A stretch of DNA of 64,000 nucleotides from Podarcis vaucheri (Eukaryota), in NCBI GenBank assembly GCA_965113315.1, contig OZ220372.1. One strand, written 5' to 3'. Both the position numbers and the translations under genes were made by a program. Below, piece after piece: positions 49,688 to 62,323 of the stretch; position 1 is the first letter of the stretch; each line of letters opens with the position of its first letter. The notes beneath the pieces are model-generated. The model saw only the letters and a program-made list of their open reading frames with translations, searched no databases and was not told where the DNA came from.

Positions 49688-50960
49688 AATTACCCAATTT
49701 TTTAGAATTCTGAATACTTTAAGCATGTTATATCTCGATTATGAAGAGAAACTGGGACCTTGTTTTAGTCTTTTTCAGAATCATATGAAACATCTTATTT
49801 TAAGCAGTTGTGACTAACTTGTTCAACCACTGTATGTCACTGCTGCTCCACTGCAGTAAACTTGACAGTAGCAGGAGGAGAGGAATGAAGCACTTTTGCA
49901 TGAAAAGCACAGGGAAAGATGTTAGCAATATGCAACACCTAATGGGCTATCATGTATACTGTGATAGAATTCTGAAAGCATGTTCGGATCCATAATGGCT
50001 CCCAGAATACTATCATGCCATACTTAACAAGACATTTTAAATGTATTGTTAAAAATAGGCAGTGTGTTTGCTGAGAGCCACAGTAGTCTACGATCCTATT
50101 TGTGCAAGTGTGGTTTAATGAGACAAAAGAAGCTAATAATTGTCACGCTGTGTCATTTCAATAGTCCATTTGGCCTTGTTCCCTGTTCTGTTTATGTAAT
50201 TTATGAGATCGTTCTGATCCTCTTTCGTCATAAGCTAATTCATAAATTAAGCACAGTGATTAATGCAAGAACTGGCAGAAGAAGACTATTGACATTAAAC
50301 CGAAGTGTCATGTAGATGTTTGATATGCATGGTGCAGGGATCACAATTGTGATGTTTGGTTGCTTATCTGGTGTTGTAACACCACGTTGTAATATTGGAT
50401 CATCCTTTTCCATATGGGCCTACGTTTGTAGTCAAAAATGTCAAGGCTCCAGCAATGCAATCTGTACATGACAAAATTAGAATGTATAGATTGGGCAGCT
50501 GCACCCTGCAGGCAATGGGCTCTATGAGCGTAGGCCCCTCTGTAAATATGACAATCCATCATGTGATGCTAGGACTGGAGTTGTGTGCGAGGGGAAACGT
50601 GATTCTGATATGCTCGCCATGCCTAGTCTCCAATGTCTGCACAAAGCTCCAGCAATACCACAATATATGTTGTGAAAAGAACTCTAGAATCTGAATTCTC
50701 AAAACAACAAAGAACTGAATTCTCTGTATATGAAAAACAAAAAGCACGGGAAGTCCAGTACAGCAATATCTTAGCACAAGTTTTATCTTCAGGATGCAGA
50801 AAACACAAAAAGTAATATAATTATGCACTTCAGAAGCCATTATATTTTTAAGTGGATAAAAATCCACTCTGCATTATATTTTATTTGCAATATAAAGCCT
50901 GTCCCTACCTATTCAACTGCTGGAAATATAGACCAGAAGCTGTGTCTACATCTGGCTTAC

Positions 50961-51042
50961 TGAAATTCCTTTGCCTGCAGGCAGCCTTTGAAAACCAAGG
51001 TTCTTCACACATAGTATTTGCTGGCTGAGAAGACTGTAGGCA
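50961..51042 (-). CDS. REDIC1: REDIC1 exon 6 (82 bp)
   Basis: ttgacag|TGC...TTCA|gtaagc; CLQSSQPANTMCEEPWFSKAACRQRNF; phase-consistent with neighbours. Confidence 0.6.
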
Positions 51043-51465
51043 CTGTCAACAGATTATAAAAACACTTTGTAGCAGATGCAGTATGTCCTTGGACACGTGC
51101 TTAACTTCTAAAACCCTGGGAAATCTGTTTTTTTCTGACAGACAATCAAATGAACCTTGAGACTTTCCACTAGCGTACACTGATTTACTTATGCTTATGA
51201 ATCTTATTTTAAAATAGTATTTTGATGATGATGGGTTTATATGCCACCACCAGCACTATTTTGGGAAAGACAACTATTAAACAAAACTATGCAATAAATG
51301 TAAATCACTAGGGCATAAACTTTTATTGTACAAGATCTCACAGGAATTGTAGCAAGAGCCATTTGGGGGATGCAAAATATTATGCTGCAACTAGCATGGA
51401 GCCAACAGTGACACAACTGAGTGTAACAGAAAAAGCTTGGTAGGCATGGTATAAGCATAGCTTAC

Positions 51466-51532
51466 TTGGGACTGAATGTTCTGCTTTTCAGAGAGATATT
51501 TTCTTCTGTTTTCTAATACATCCTGTTGTATC
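51466..51532 (-). CDS. REDIC1: REDIC1 exon 5 (67 bp)
   Basis: cataatag|G...CAA|gtaagc; IQQDVLENRRKYLSEKQNIQSQ; phases 2 / 0 fit the neighbours. Confidence 0.65.
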
Positions 51533-51550
51533 CTATTATGACAAGGAAAT

Positions 51551-51551
<1 letters not shown>

Positions 51552-51606
<55 letters not shown>

Positions 51607-52085
51607 TTATTTATACCCTGTCCTCCATGGCCAAGAGCAGGCTCAGGGCAGCTAACATCAAATTATATGATACATTAAAAACATAAATCAAACAATCGAT
51701 TAAAATACAGCTAAAAATCAAGGAGCAGAATAAAATCAGATGTCAACCCACGGATTATAACTATAGGGGTTGGGAGTATTGAGTGCTCACTAGGCCCAAA
51801 TGTTTGTACTCGTCTTATATGAGCCAGTGGAAAGGGCTAGGGAGGCCACTTACATACAGGGTCTTATAAAAAGAAGAAGGAGTCAGACTGGACCCCAGCC
51901 AAAGGCCTGGTGGATCAGCTCTATCTTGCAGGCTCTGCGGAAAGATGTCAAATCCTGCAGGGCCCTGGTCTCTTGCGGCAGAGCGTTCCACCAGGCCGGG
52001 GCCAGAGCTGAAAAGGCCCTGGCTCTGGTCGAGGACAGTCTAACCTCCTTGAGGCCTGGAACCTCCAAGGTGTTATTGTTTATGG
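51552..52085 (-). mobile_element. L2 LINE 3' fragment with (TTA)n tail
   Basis: ORF 51883-52068 VRLSSTRARAFSALAPAWWNALP...FRRACKIEL. Confidence 0.85.
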
Positions 52086-53068
52086 AAAATTGTGCATATT
52101 TTCAGAGGTACTGAGATTTGCATCTTTTATCAGACTAAGTAGAGGGCATTTGGTATTCTTAGGTTTTCTTGACGCTGACTCGGGCAAAATTAAAACTCTT
52201 ACATATAATCCTATGCCTCTCTACTCATGGCCTTAGTGACAAACTTCAGGTATATAGCAGCAAAAGGAGGCTGTGGTCTCCTCAAGGACCTTGAGTCAAA
52301 GCTAACTTGTATATTGTGGCATAAACTTGCATGTCCCAGACTCCACTTTGTCAAATGGAGAACAAAAGATAGTAATCATATCACCAAAAGGCCAAGCCAA
52401 GCAAAAGATAATGAGGTGTGTCACTTTATTATGCAGAGCCCAAATAAATTAGTCATGTTTTATTATTTGAATAAATAATGTTGATTCTGAGCCCAATAGC
52501 TTTACTAGGGACACTAAAGTGGGCTTTCTGCTGTGTTGGCTCCCAAACACATCTCTACATGGAACACCTCTTTTAAATGTAAAAAAATTCACACAGTTTT
52601 ATACCAACAGGAAGATCTATTAATCAGTTTAAAGCAGGAGCTCAAGCTGTATGCAACCACTGTCAACCTCACCAAGCCCTGCCTCCCATTCTTTCACAAT
52701 GTTAAAACTTTTCTCAGCGTGTCTTGTTGGGATCCTCTGACTCCAGAAAGAAATGGTAGCATCTCATGGCTATTGATTTTCATAAAGGATCAAAAAAATT
52801 CCATAGCATTCTTATAGGCTACTTACATTTTCACTTTAATGTGAGAGAGATTGTGGCATATATAAGAAAAAAAGCTAGGAATCTGTGATGTGCAGATATT
52901 ATTAAAACATTTTCCTGGGATGTCTTCATTTCAGCTAGAACCTATAACTCTTCACATAGCTGCACCTGCATGCCAATGTAGTCTATGATAGGTAGGTACG
53001 TACGTCGTTAGGTAGACAGATACAAAGAATCAAAATATTACAATTCAGAAAATTATATTGGGATGTAC

Positions 53069-53201
53069 CTGTGCTCAGTGTCATCTTCGTATGGTTTGGA
53101 CTGTCTACGTTGTGGTGACTCGGGAAGTTCTACATTGTGCCTTCTCAGCGGGAATTTTACTCCTCTGTTAATATCCACATGAACTGCTTTTCGAACATTT
53201 T
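53069..53201 (-). CDS. REDIC1: REDIC1 exon 4 (133 bp)
   Basis: attacag|AA...CAG|gtacat; ENVRKAVHVDINRGVKFPLRRHNVELPESP resembles human ETVRKPTHVNMNRDIKMPLRKHNLELTMSP. Confidence 0.92.
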
Positions 53202-53538
53202 CTGTAATGAAAGTACTCAAAAGATTAACAGTCCTTTGAGGGAATTAAAGAGGGACATCCAATGTTTTGGTAAGAGTGCAGGACCAAAACACTTTTTAAA
53301 CAGTGCTATACAGTATTCATTATTGGTGATATGTTCATTGTAGGTTACGACTTTTTCGGCATTATGTTTTCATTTTTAGTTAGCAAGACATTCAATGAAC
53401 ACAAAAAGGTTGTGGTTCAGATTTGATGAAGTAGGAGTAAATCTGATGGAGTGAATGTTGGAGAACTTAGCCACATTTTTCTTATGGTCATGCTTTTAAT
53501 GGTAAAACTTTGACAATTAAGTTTGCAGTTAAACTCAC

Positions 53539-53674
53539 CAGAACAATCTTTCTTGGTAGATATCTGATTAACAACACACAGATTGAGGAGATCTAAGCTG
53601 ACAGCTGAGCTTTTAAGAGGAGAAATTCCCAACAGCTTCATCTTTGATTTAAGCTTTTCTTTTTCGAAAAAGTC
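53539..53674 (-). CDS. REDIC1: REDIC1 exon 3 (136 bp)
   Basis: taacag|GAC...TCTG|gtgagt; DFFEKEKLKSKMKLLGISPLKSSAVSLDLLNLCVVNQISTKK resembles human EYFEKHRLKSKMKSLGVLSPVKNSAVSLDILNLYMVNQISCKK. Confidence 0.95.
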
Positions 53675-54209
53675 CTGTTATATTAAGAATGACAGGAAAA
53701 TGTCATAACAATGTACACTTCCTTGCTAAAGAAACAGGCCCTTAGTCATACATATATCCCACCTCAAGGCTCAAGGTGGCAAACAATTACAAACTGCCTT
53801 AAAAAAAAAAAGGGAACTTTCCCTGGATCATTCCACCAAGATCCTCAAAACAGCTAGTGCCATTGGCAGCAAAAGAGAAGAGTTAGCAGTTGTGAAAGAA
53901 TTCAGCCTGAAAGTAGAACCTTGAAAAGGACACTGACAATATGAACCAAAAAAACATGATTTGGGAATGGCTGACTTGCATGGGTTTTTAATTCCTCATT
54001 TCCAATCACGGGACATTTCTGTCTACAAGCAGAAAAATTGGAGTGTCTGAACCCTGTGAATGGCTTCATAATATCACATCTACCTCTCTGGAAAAATTAA
54101 TCTGTTTCCAGACTTGAATGATGCAAATACTCTCCTCTCTGTGGTTGATTTCTGGCAAGCAGAAATCACATTTGCACCTGCCTCTTAATTCAGTGTAATT
54201 CCTCCTTAC

Positions 54210-54249
54210 CTTCTGCTTTCTTTTCTCCTTGGTGAGCATGATTCTTTTA
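54210..54249 (-). CDS. REDIC1: REDIC1 exon 2 (40 bp)
   Basis: ctttcaag|T...AAG|gtaagg; KRIMLTKEKRKQK resembles human SRVLIKQERRKQK. Confidence 0.92.
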
Positions 54250-54892
54250 CTTGAAAGATTTAAAAGAAACATGAATTTGTAATGACATTAGTAATATACA
54301 GAAATAATAAATGATTGCAGACATTTAGGGGACATTTACATACTGCATGTTTAATACTCTTCTATTTACCAGGTCATCAGCTAAAGCAAATCTGCACTAA
54401 TCAATTGAATGCTTAAATTCTTAAATGCCTGTTAATTCGAAGTTTTAAAGCCAACTAGCCAGTAATAGACTTCTCTCCACTGGAGGGAAAACAAATAAAA
54501 TAAAGATAAATCCTTAAATTCTACATTTTGATCAAAGGACTAGCGCGCAACAGTGCTCTGCCTACTTGTGATTCCCAGCAACTTGACATTCCAACAGTGG
54601 AGGCAGAATATAGCCATTGCTAGTCTTATCCTTTGTGGATTTGTCTAATCCTAGGGCCTCATCTGAGTCAATAATTCTCCTTAATTTTTTTTTTAATCCC
54701 TGACATGAAAAATCAACGTGACAAGGGTCTTCTTCCCAATATCCAGTCTTGGATGCGGAAGGAATGTATATTTGGAGAAACATTCCAAACATGAGAAAGT
54801 CAAACATGTTTATACTTTGTGTCTTTCCAATGCACATATAAAGAAGTGTGGGGTCTTCTTACAACAAAAAAGTGCATTGGTGTTTGGAGTTA

Positions 54893-55217
54893 CAGTGGAG
54901 CCTCGCAAGACGAAAAGAATCCGTTCTGTGATTCTCTTCGTCTAGCAGTTTTTTCGTCTTGCGAAGCAAGCCCATTGATGGATTAGCGGATTAGCGCTAT
55001 TAGCGGCTTTTAGCGGCTTATCGGATCAGCTGATAAGCGGCTTAGCGGCTTAGAAAAAGGGGGGAGGGGAAAACCCCCGCAGGAACTCGCAAGACATTTT
55101 CGTCTTGCGAAGCAAGCCCATAGGAAATTCGTTTTGCGAAGCACCTCCAAAACGGAAAACTCTTTCGTCTAGCGAGTTTTCCGTCTTGCGAGGCATTCGT
55201 CTTGCGGGGCACTACTG
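54893..55217. mobile_element. Tigger-like MITE
   Basis: TA TSD; near-identical to 27348-27679. Confidence 0.9.
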
Positions 55218-55907
55218 TACTCTTTATATATATCTCTCTTCACCCTCAGTCATGTGAGCCTTGACCTGAAGCGGTGAAGCCCTGAGGCAGCTTTTATCAC
55301 CTGAAGGAAAACTAGGCCTTAGTCAAGGCCTGTGTGGTTCTAAGACCACAAAGATGGAGGTTCTGGAAAACTTGGGTCACGGAATGAATTTGCCATCTTG
55401 GGCACATCCGCTTCTGTCATCCTCAAATGCCCGATTGTGAATTATAAACAGTACAACTTTTTGAACTGGCAAGCACAACGCTCATTGGAAAGCACTTTTA
55501 AAAATCAAGTGTTCTAATGAATAGGGAGCGATGGTGTCCTTTTGCACCTGAGGTGCACAGATCAGTTCCAACATGGCTGCCATCTTCTCCCCAAACAGCA
55601 GGCAAAAATTCAAAGCCCTCCCCTTGCAAAAATAAAAGCTTCGTTCTTTATCTATTGTGGTACTGCTTTGGTGGCCCTACAGCCCTCAGAACCACAGTAA
55701 GTGACTGAAAGAAACCAAAACCTACATTTGAGGAAGCGTAACATAATGATTTAAGGAAATCTACATTTGCAAATCTGCATTTGAGGAACTTCATATGCTG
55801 TCTCTCAGCAATTCTTTTCACAAAACCTTTGCCTGAGGTCAGAGGCCTTCGTTTCTGCTGCAGGCTGTTTGCTTGAGCAGTTATGAGGCCCTTTGGGCTG
55901 CACTCAC

Positions 55908-55930
55908 CGAGAGCCACCAACCCAGTTCAT
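55908..55930 (-). CDS. REDIC1: REDIC1 first coding exon (23 bp)
   Basis: GAAAATGAACTGGGTTGGTGGCTCTCG|gtgagt = MNWVGGSR, the conserved C12orf40 N-terminus. Confidence 0.95.
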
Positions 55931-56404
55931 TTTCTCAAAACAGAGCGGCCTATGGATGATTTATTTATTTTATATATTTAAAAAACCACCCTTCTAGGTA
56001 GGCCTTGCAGGAAGGCAACTGGCTCTTGCGATGAGCCCCCCAGGAGTGAATGCGGCACGAAGGCCGGACTCCTCTGTGTCTCTCTTCCCCTCAGAGACAG
56101 CTTTTCTCCAGCAGTTAAATAAGGAATAGAAACCAGAAATATTGTTTTTTTAAAAAAGGCAGGGGGCAGATAAGGGTGCAGATCGAAAGGCTTGAGGAGC
56201 TGGGGTAGAATTAGGCAATGGCCGAAGTTCTCATCCCGTCTGATTTAACATCCACACAGAACATTGCGTTTCCCCCCCCCTCTCGCCTCTGCATGTGTGT
56301 TCATGGCCATACATGATTTAAACATGTTGGGGGTGGGGCTTGTACTGTGTGGAAGATATAGAATCTCCACCAATTTTCACCCCAGCATTTGGAGTTATGC
56401 GAGA

Positions 56405-56534
56405 TACAAGTAACTTTGGAAGACATCCGAAGGCAGCCCTGTATAGGGAAGTTTAATAAAAATGTTTTATTATGTTTTTATATATGTTGGAAGCCTTCTA
56501 GAGTGGCTGGGGCAACTCAGTCAGATGGCTGGGG

Positions 56535-56577
<43 letters not shown>
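56405..56577 (+). mobile_element. L2 3' end fragment
   Basis: GAAGACATCCGAAGGCAGCCCTG...GAGTGGCTGGGGCAACTCAGTCAGATGG; remainder of the tail appears at ~57421-57465. Confidence 0.75.
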
Positions 56578-56579
<2 letters not shown>

Positions 56580-57410
56580 TAATAATAATAATAATAATAA
56601 TACCCCGCCCATTTGGCTGGATTTCCCCAGCCACTCTGGGTGGCTTCCAACAAAACACTAAAATACAATAGTCTGTTAAACATTAAAAGCTTCCCTAAAC
56701 AGGGCTGCCTTCAGACGTCTTCTAAATGTCTGGTAGCTATTTTTCTCTTTGACATCTGGTGGGAGGGTGTTCCACAGGGAGGGCGCCACTACCGAGAAGG
56801 CCCTCTGCCTGGTTCCCTGTAACCTCACTTCTCGCAATGAGGGAACCGCCAGAAGGCCCTCGGCGCTGGATCTCAGTGTCCGGACTGAATGATGGGGGTG
56901 GAGACGCTCCTTCAGGTATACAGGACCGAGGCCATTTAGGGCTTTAAAGGTCCGCACCAACACTTTGAATTGTGCTTGGAAACGTACTGGGAGCCAATGC
57001 AGATCTCTCAGGACCGGTGTTATGTGGTCCCGGCGGCCAGTCCCAGTCACCAGTCTAGCTGGCACATTCTGGATTAATTGCAGTTTCCGGGTCACCTTCA
57101 AAGGTAGCCCCACGTAGTGCGCATTGCAGTAGTCCAAGTGGGAGATAACCAGAGCATGCACCACTCTGGCGAGACAGTCTGCGGGCGGGTAGGTTGTCAG
57201 CCTGCGTACCAGATGGAGCTGGTAAACAGCTGCCCTGGATACAGATTTGACCTGTGCCTCCATGGACAGCTGTGAGTCCAAAATGACTCCCAGACTGCGC
57301 ACCTGGTCCTTCAGGGGCACAGTTACCCCATTCAGGACCAGGGAATCATCCTCCACACCTGCCCGCCTCCTGTCCCCCAAAAACAGTACTTCTGTCTTGT
57401 CAGGATTCAA
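56578..57410 (-). mobile_element. 5'-truncated L2 LINE
   Basis: ORF 56676-57410 (NPDKTEVL...LKAALFREAF*) is open across the fragment; (TTA)n tail. Confidence 0.93.
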
Positions 57411-57464
57411 TCCCTATGTTATAAATAATAACATTATTATTATTATTATCATCATCATCATCAT

Positions 57465-57598
57465 CAGGGCTTTTTTTCAGCTGGAGCTCACTGGAACTCA
57501 GTCCCGACATCTCTCAGGTGGGTGCTATTGCCATGATAAAAGAACAAGGAAGGCGTTCCTGGTGAGTTCCGGCACTTTTTCTAGAAAAATAACACTTG
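57465..57598. mobile_element. Probable short hAT-like MITE
   Basis: Imperfect termini CAGGGCTTTTTTTC / GAAAAATAACACT; no TSD resolved. Confidence 0.45.
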
Positions 57599-58727
57599 AA
57601 AAATAACACTTGAAGAAGACATCCCTATTTTCATCAGAGAAATGTTGGAGGACATGAAATTAACCTACCACAGATCATATTTGTAGAGGAATAATTTAGC
57701 AGTCTGGTGTCACTCTACTGTGGTCTTTTGAGCTATGATCCTCTTTTTTCTCAAGGCTGCCAAGGGCTATGATACTGTCTTGTTCTCGGGGACTGGGTCT
57801 CCCCAAAGGTTGTAGAAAGTTAAACACAAACACAAAGTCACAACTCCTTTGAAGTTGGCAGGTTTAAAATCAGCTTGTCGGCAGAAAAGATGGTTCATAA
57901 CTTGAGGGTTGCATGTTCCACATTTGGATTAGTTACCCTTTAACAACCTTAAACCGCCATGTCATGCTCACAGTAGGAATTATTTCTCTGCTGTTGGGCG
58001 TGAAACCAGAAAGGTGTTAATTCTGGAACAAAGCAGAATACAGACAAGGATGTGATCTTGTGTATATGGTGTGGAATATTTGGTACTGAAAGCATTGTTT
58101 TCCCCATGCAACTTAGTTAGCTCTATTGCTTTTGCCGTCATATCATTTGCAGGTGCCTTTCCTTAGCAACCCAGCTCATTGCCCTTGGGTCCTCAATTAA
58201 AACTATCTGCAGATGAGCCCAAAGCCTTTACTGAACACTGTAAAAGCAGCAACAGGTTTCTGCTGAAACACTTGTAGCAGATTTGCTTTTAAAAGGTTGA
58301 GCACAGCAAGGATGGAAACATATTTGGGGAGCTATACATGAGATTCCATTCTCTTTTATCCTGGTTAACCTGTTTATTTGCTTTATGTATGAAGATTTTC
58401 TTTCCCTTCCTCCAAGCTTTGGGATTGGATGCATGCCAGCCAGCCACACAGCAGTTTTGCCCTTCGAGCCTGGCAAATACTATTTTTTGAAAAGTTTCCC
58501 TAATTACCCCCTTCCCTGTGTTCAGTTTCTAAAATGAGAGGAGACAGGGATCTTATTTGCTTGGCATCTGGTCACCACCATACCTCAGATTGTGGGGGAA
58601 AGCATCTAAATATGACCTCATTGCCCTGTCATGTGTATAGGATTGCAGCCTTGGTCAGGTATAATCCCTTCTAGTCCTTAAAAAGGGCCATTAAAGCCAT
58701 CCATTTGTTTGGTCAGTAAATATATAT

Positions 58728-59341
58728 ATAATGGGAAAGGTACATTTTACCATATGTGGTGGGACTGCAAGATTATTTTTTTAAAAAGGGAAATAATGTC
58801 CAATGAATTGAAAAACAATGTTTAAAATAACATTTGTTAAAAAACCAGAAGCTTTTCTGTTGGGTATTTTGGGACAAGAGTTGCCAAAAGAAAAACGGAC
58901 ATTATTTATGTATACTACAACAGCAGCAAGAATGTTAATAGCACAAAATTGGAAGACCAGAGAAGTACCATCCAAAGAACAATGGCAAGAAAAGTTGATG
59001 AACTATGTAGAGTTAGCAAAATTAACGGACAAGTTGCATGAAAAGGACAATAGTGAGTTTGAAAAAGAATGGGAACCCTTTACAACATATTTGCAGAAAC
59101 AAAAAAACATGGACTCACTGGCAGGATTTACAATTTTATTTACAGAGAACAAGAAATATAAAAATGGGAAAACATAGTATCATATATAAACAGTAGATTG
59201 TACCATTTGATGTAACAAACCAGAAATGGAGGTTGAGGGAAGTCAACAGGGAGGGGGGAAATTGGAAAATGAATGTTTAGTAATGATTATGGATATTTGT
59301 TGCAAGAAAGAAAATCAAGAAAAATTATTTTTTTAAAAAAA
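58728..59341 (+). mobile_element. 5'-truncated L1 (ORF2 zinc-knuckle/C-terminus and 3' UTR)
   Basis: GTFYHMWWDC motif, ORF 58818-59177, A-tail; 13-bp TSD AGTAAATATATAT (58715-58727 / 59342-59354). Confidence 0.88.
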
Positions 59342-61085
59342 AGTAAATATATATTTCATGCTTGGTTAACGTGCTATGTTTTGTGCAATGTGTTATAATT
59401 ATAGTGCTATGCATTTATATATATTTAGCTATGGGTGCTAATTCACTTGGTGTGATTTTAAAATACTGCAAGCTGAGAGATGTTGCATATCCTGCTGATA
59501 TGGTCAGCTTTGTGCAATGTGTCATTTTTGGAGTGCTGTGAGCTTCTTATTATATATGGGTGGTGATATCTGACGTGATTTCAGAATACTGCATGCTGCC
59601 TCAAATTGGTAGAGAAGTGGAATATAAATGGTTAAATGAAAAAGCTAAATAAACTAAGCTTGTTACACAGACTGTGTTCCATCAGGCTTCACTTTGGTTT
59701 GCAGTTACATCTAACTTTGGGCTTCCTGACTCATTGCAGAACTCTCCTTTCAGTTAGTTCTCCAACTTGCCCTCTTGCTACTGTAATGGCAGTGCTCCAC
59801 AAATCTTCCAAATACCACATTATTTGGTCCACAGGCTTTGCCTCCAAAAACCATCCATGCCCTCCACATTATAAATGGCTGTTCCATTCTGAACCATATC
59901 ATTTGTTTAAATACAGTTACAATTAAAATAACTAAACTGTATTTTTAAAAGACACACACACACACACGTACGTGTGTATATGTGTATTTCTGGATGTTTA
60001 TGTGTCTAACAGTGAAATTAGATCAAAGTGACCTCCACAAACTGTTAACAACCTGTCTGTATAAATTTCATTTATTTCATTTGACACTTTGGGACCACTC
60101 AACACAGACAGATAAACCAGAGTTACCAACCAGAATGAGGTTTCAAATCACACTCATATGCACTACATTGTTTATGAGAGATGATGGCCACATTTGTTGT
60201 GTGTTTGTGTGTGTATCTGCAATGTGTACATCTGCCCCTTAATTACAGGGATGTGGAGATGATTGGTGCCATATTTTGGGGTGAACCTGGCAAGATGGCA
60301 TGCATATGTGATGGCCTCTCAGTCATAGGTCTGCAGAGAAGCTGGACGGCGTTGACCAGAACCCAGGCCATGAAACATGAGCAGTATTACAGCTGCTTTC
60401 CGGTATGCGTTGATCCTCAAAGGAAGAAAACTAGATAGGACATGAATGGCTATTAGTCACAAGAAAAAGATGTTTCAAGCCTCTTGTTGCAAAATGGATC
60501 GTTGTGTTGGTGCTTACAAGTATTTTAATTTAGAAATTGTTTAAAGCATGTTAAAGTGGTGTACTGGATGTTTTCCTTATATGTAAATTAGGAGCCAAAT
60601 TCCACAGTCGGCCAAGCCAGCAGCAGAAAGAAAAAGTCCACGGAAAGGAGAACTGCAGCTTGAACTCATTGACACGGGCACCATGTTTTGGCAGCCCATT
60701 GGGTTGCAACCTAAAATACTAAAAAGTGGGGAAAGTTCCGTGATTAATGTGGTTAGGATCACAGCCTTCATGAGACAAGTCAGCATCAAAACAGTGCCAT
60801 AAAAATGTTGGGCTTGCAGAAAGCGAAAACCTCAAGCCTTAAACTGTATTCTTGCTAGCTCACAAACGAGAATAGATGTTTATATATGTACTGTACGTTA
60901 TTTAAATCAATGTCAGGATGAGGGCAGCAGTAACCACACAGGGTTTTTCCAGATGATAATTACTGTGCTGTGGTCTTCTTAGCACTTTGTCTTTCAGTTC
61001 AGCACTTAGCGCATGAGGAAGGTTCTGCTAGCCAAGTTCTGCTATCAATGGAGTGCTGTCAGAGAGCCCTAACATCCTTTTGTCC

Positions 61086-61453
61086 TTCCGAGCACAATTC
61101 AAAGTGCTGGTGTTGACCTTTAAAGCCCTAAATGGCCTCAGCCTAGTATACCTGAAGGAGCGTCTCCACCCCCATCGTTCTGCCCGGACGCTGAGGTCCA
61201 GCACTGAGGGCCTTCTGGCGGTTCCCTCATTGCGAGAAGCAAAGCTACAGGGAACCAGGCAGAGGGCCTTCTCGGTAGTGGCGCCCGCCCTGTGGAACGC
61301 CCTCCCATCAGATGTCAAAACGATAAGACATCTTAAGGCAGCCTTGTTCAGGGAAGTTTTTAATGTATGATATTTTAGTGTTTTTTGGTTTCTATGGAAG
61401 CCACCCAGAGTGGCTGGGGAAACCCAGCCAGATGGGCGGGGTACAAATAATAA

Positions 61454-61507
<54 letters not shown>
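61086..61507 (+). mobile_element. L2 LINE 3' fragment with (TTA)n tail
   Basis: ORF 61053-61370 matches the other L2 copies. Confidence 0.92.
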
Positions 61508-62060
61508 TTGAGGCCACCACCATTTTTCTGATGTGGCAGAAACAGAAAACAAAACTTTTCTGAACATGCAATTGCATCAATATGGTACCAAGACCCTGTC
61601 CCCCTCATCTCCACAGCAGCAAACCTATTTTCTATTGCTCAAGGGTCTGTCTGAGAACGGTATAGAAATGACTAGAGAGCTCTTCTCCTTAGTAGGCCAT
61701 CTGAAAAATCTGCCTTCTTCCCTACAGAACCCACCCTTAGGTTGTTCCATCACTCTCTGAACCTTGGGGGGTTGACAGCCCAGGAGAGGGAATTCTCTGT
61801 GGTAGCCCTTAAATTGTGGATCTCCCTCCGCATAGAGATGTGTCTGGCATCTTCATTATACAGCTTTCAGAAGATGCTGAAGACATCTCTTTAACCTGGC
61901 TTTTGACACCTGAGATGTATATTTTGAGGACCCACCTTATTTCTATGATTGGAAATTATTTAAAACTGCTTTTAACAATGTGTTTTAATTGCTGTACTCC
62001 GCCTTGGGACCTTAGGGTGAAGTGTGGGCTATTAATAATAGCAATAATAATATTTTGATG

Positions 62061-62323
62061 CTCACTGGAAGGACAGATCCTGAAGCTGAGGCTCCAATAC
62101 TTTGGAGAAGACTCCCTGGGAAAGACCCTGATGTTGGGAAAGATGGAGGGCAGAAGGAGAAGGGGACGACAGAGGATGAGATGGTTGGACGGTGTTCTCG
62201 AAGCTACCAACATGAGTTTGACCAAACTGCGGGAGGCAGTGGAAGACAGGCGTGCCTGGTGTGCTCTGGTCCATGGGGTCATGAAGAGTCGGACACGACT
62301 AAATGACTAAACAACAACAACAG
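62061..62323 (+). mobile_element. BovB 3' fragment with a small internal deletion
   Basis: (CAA)n tail; apparent TSD TTTGATG (62054-62060 / 62324-62330). Confidence 0.9.

Noticed and set aside
53061-53068. Possible U12-type donor in REDIC1
   Set aside because: GTACATCC does not match the GTATCCTT consensus.
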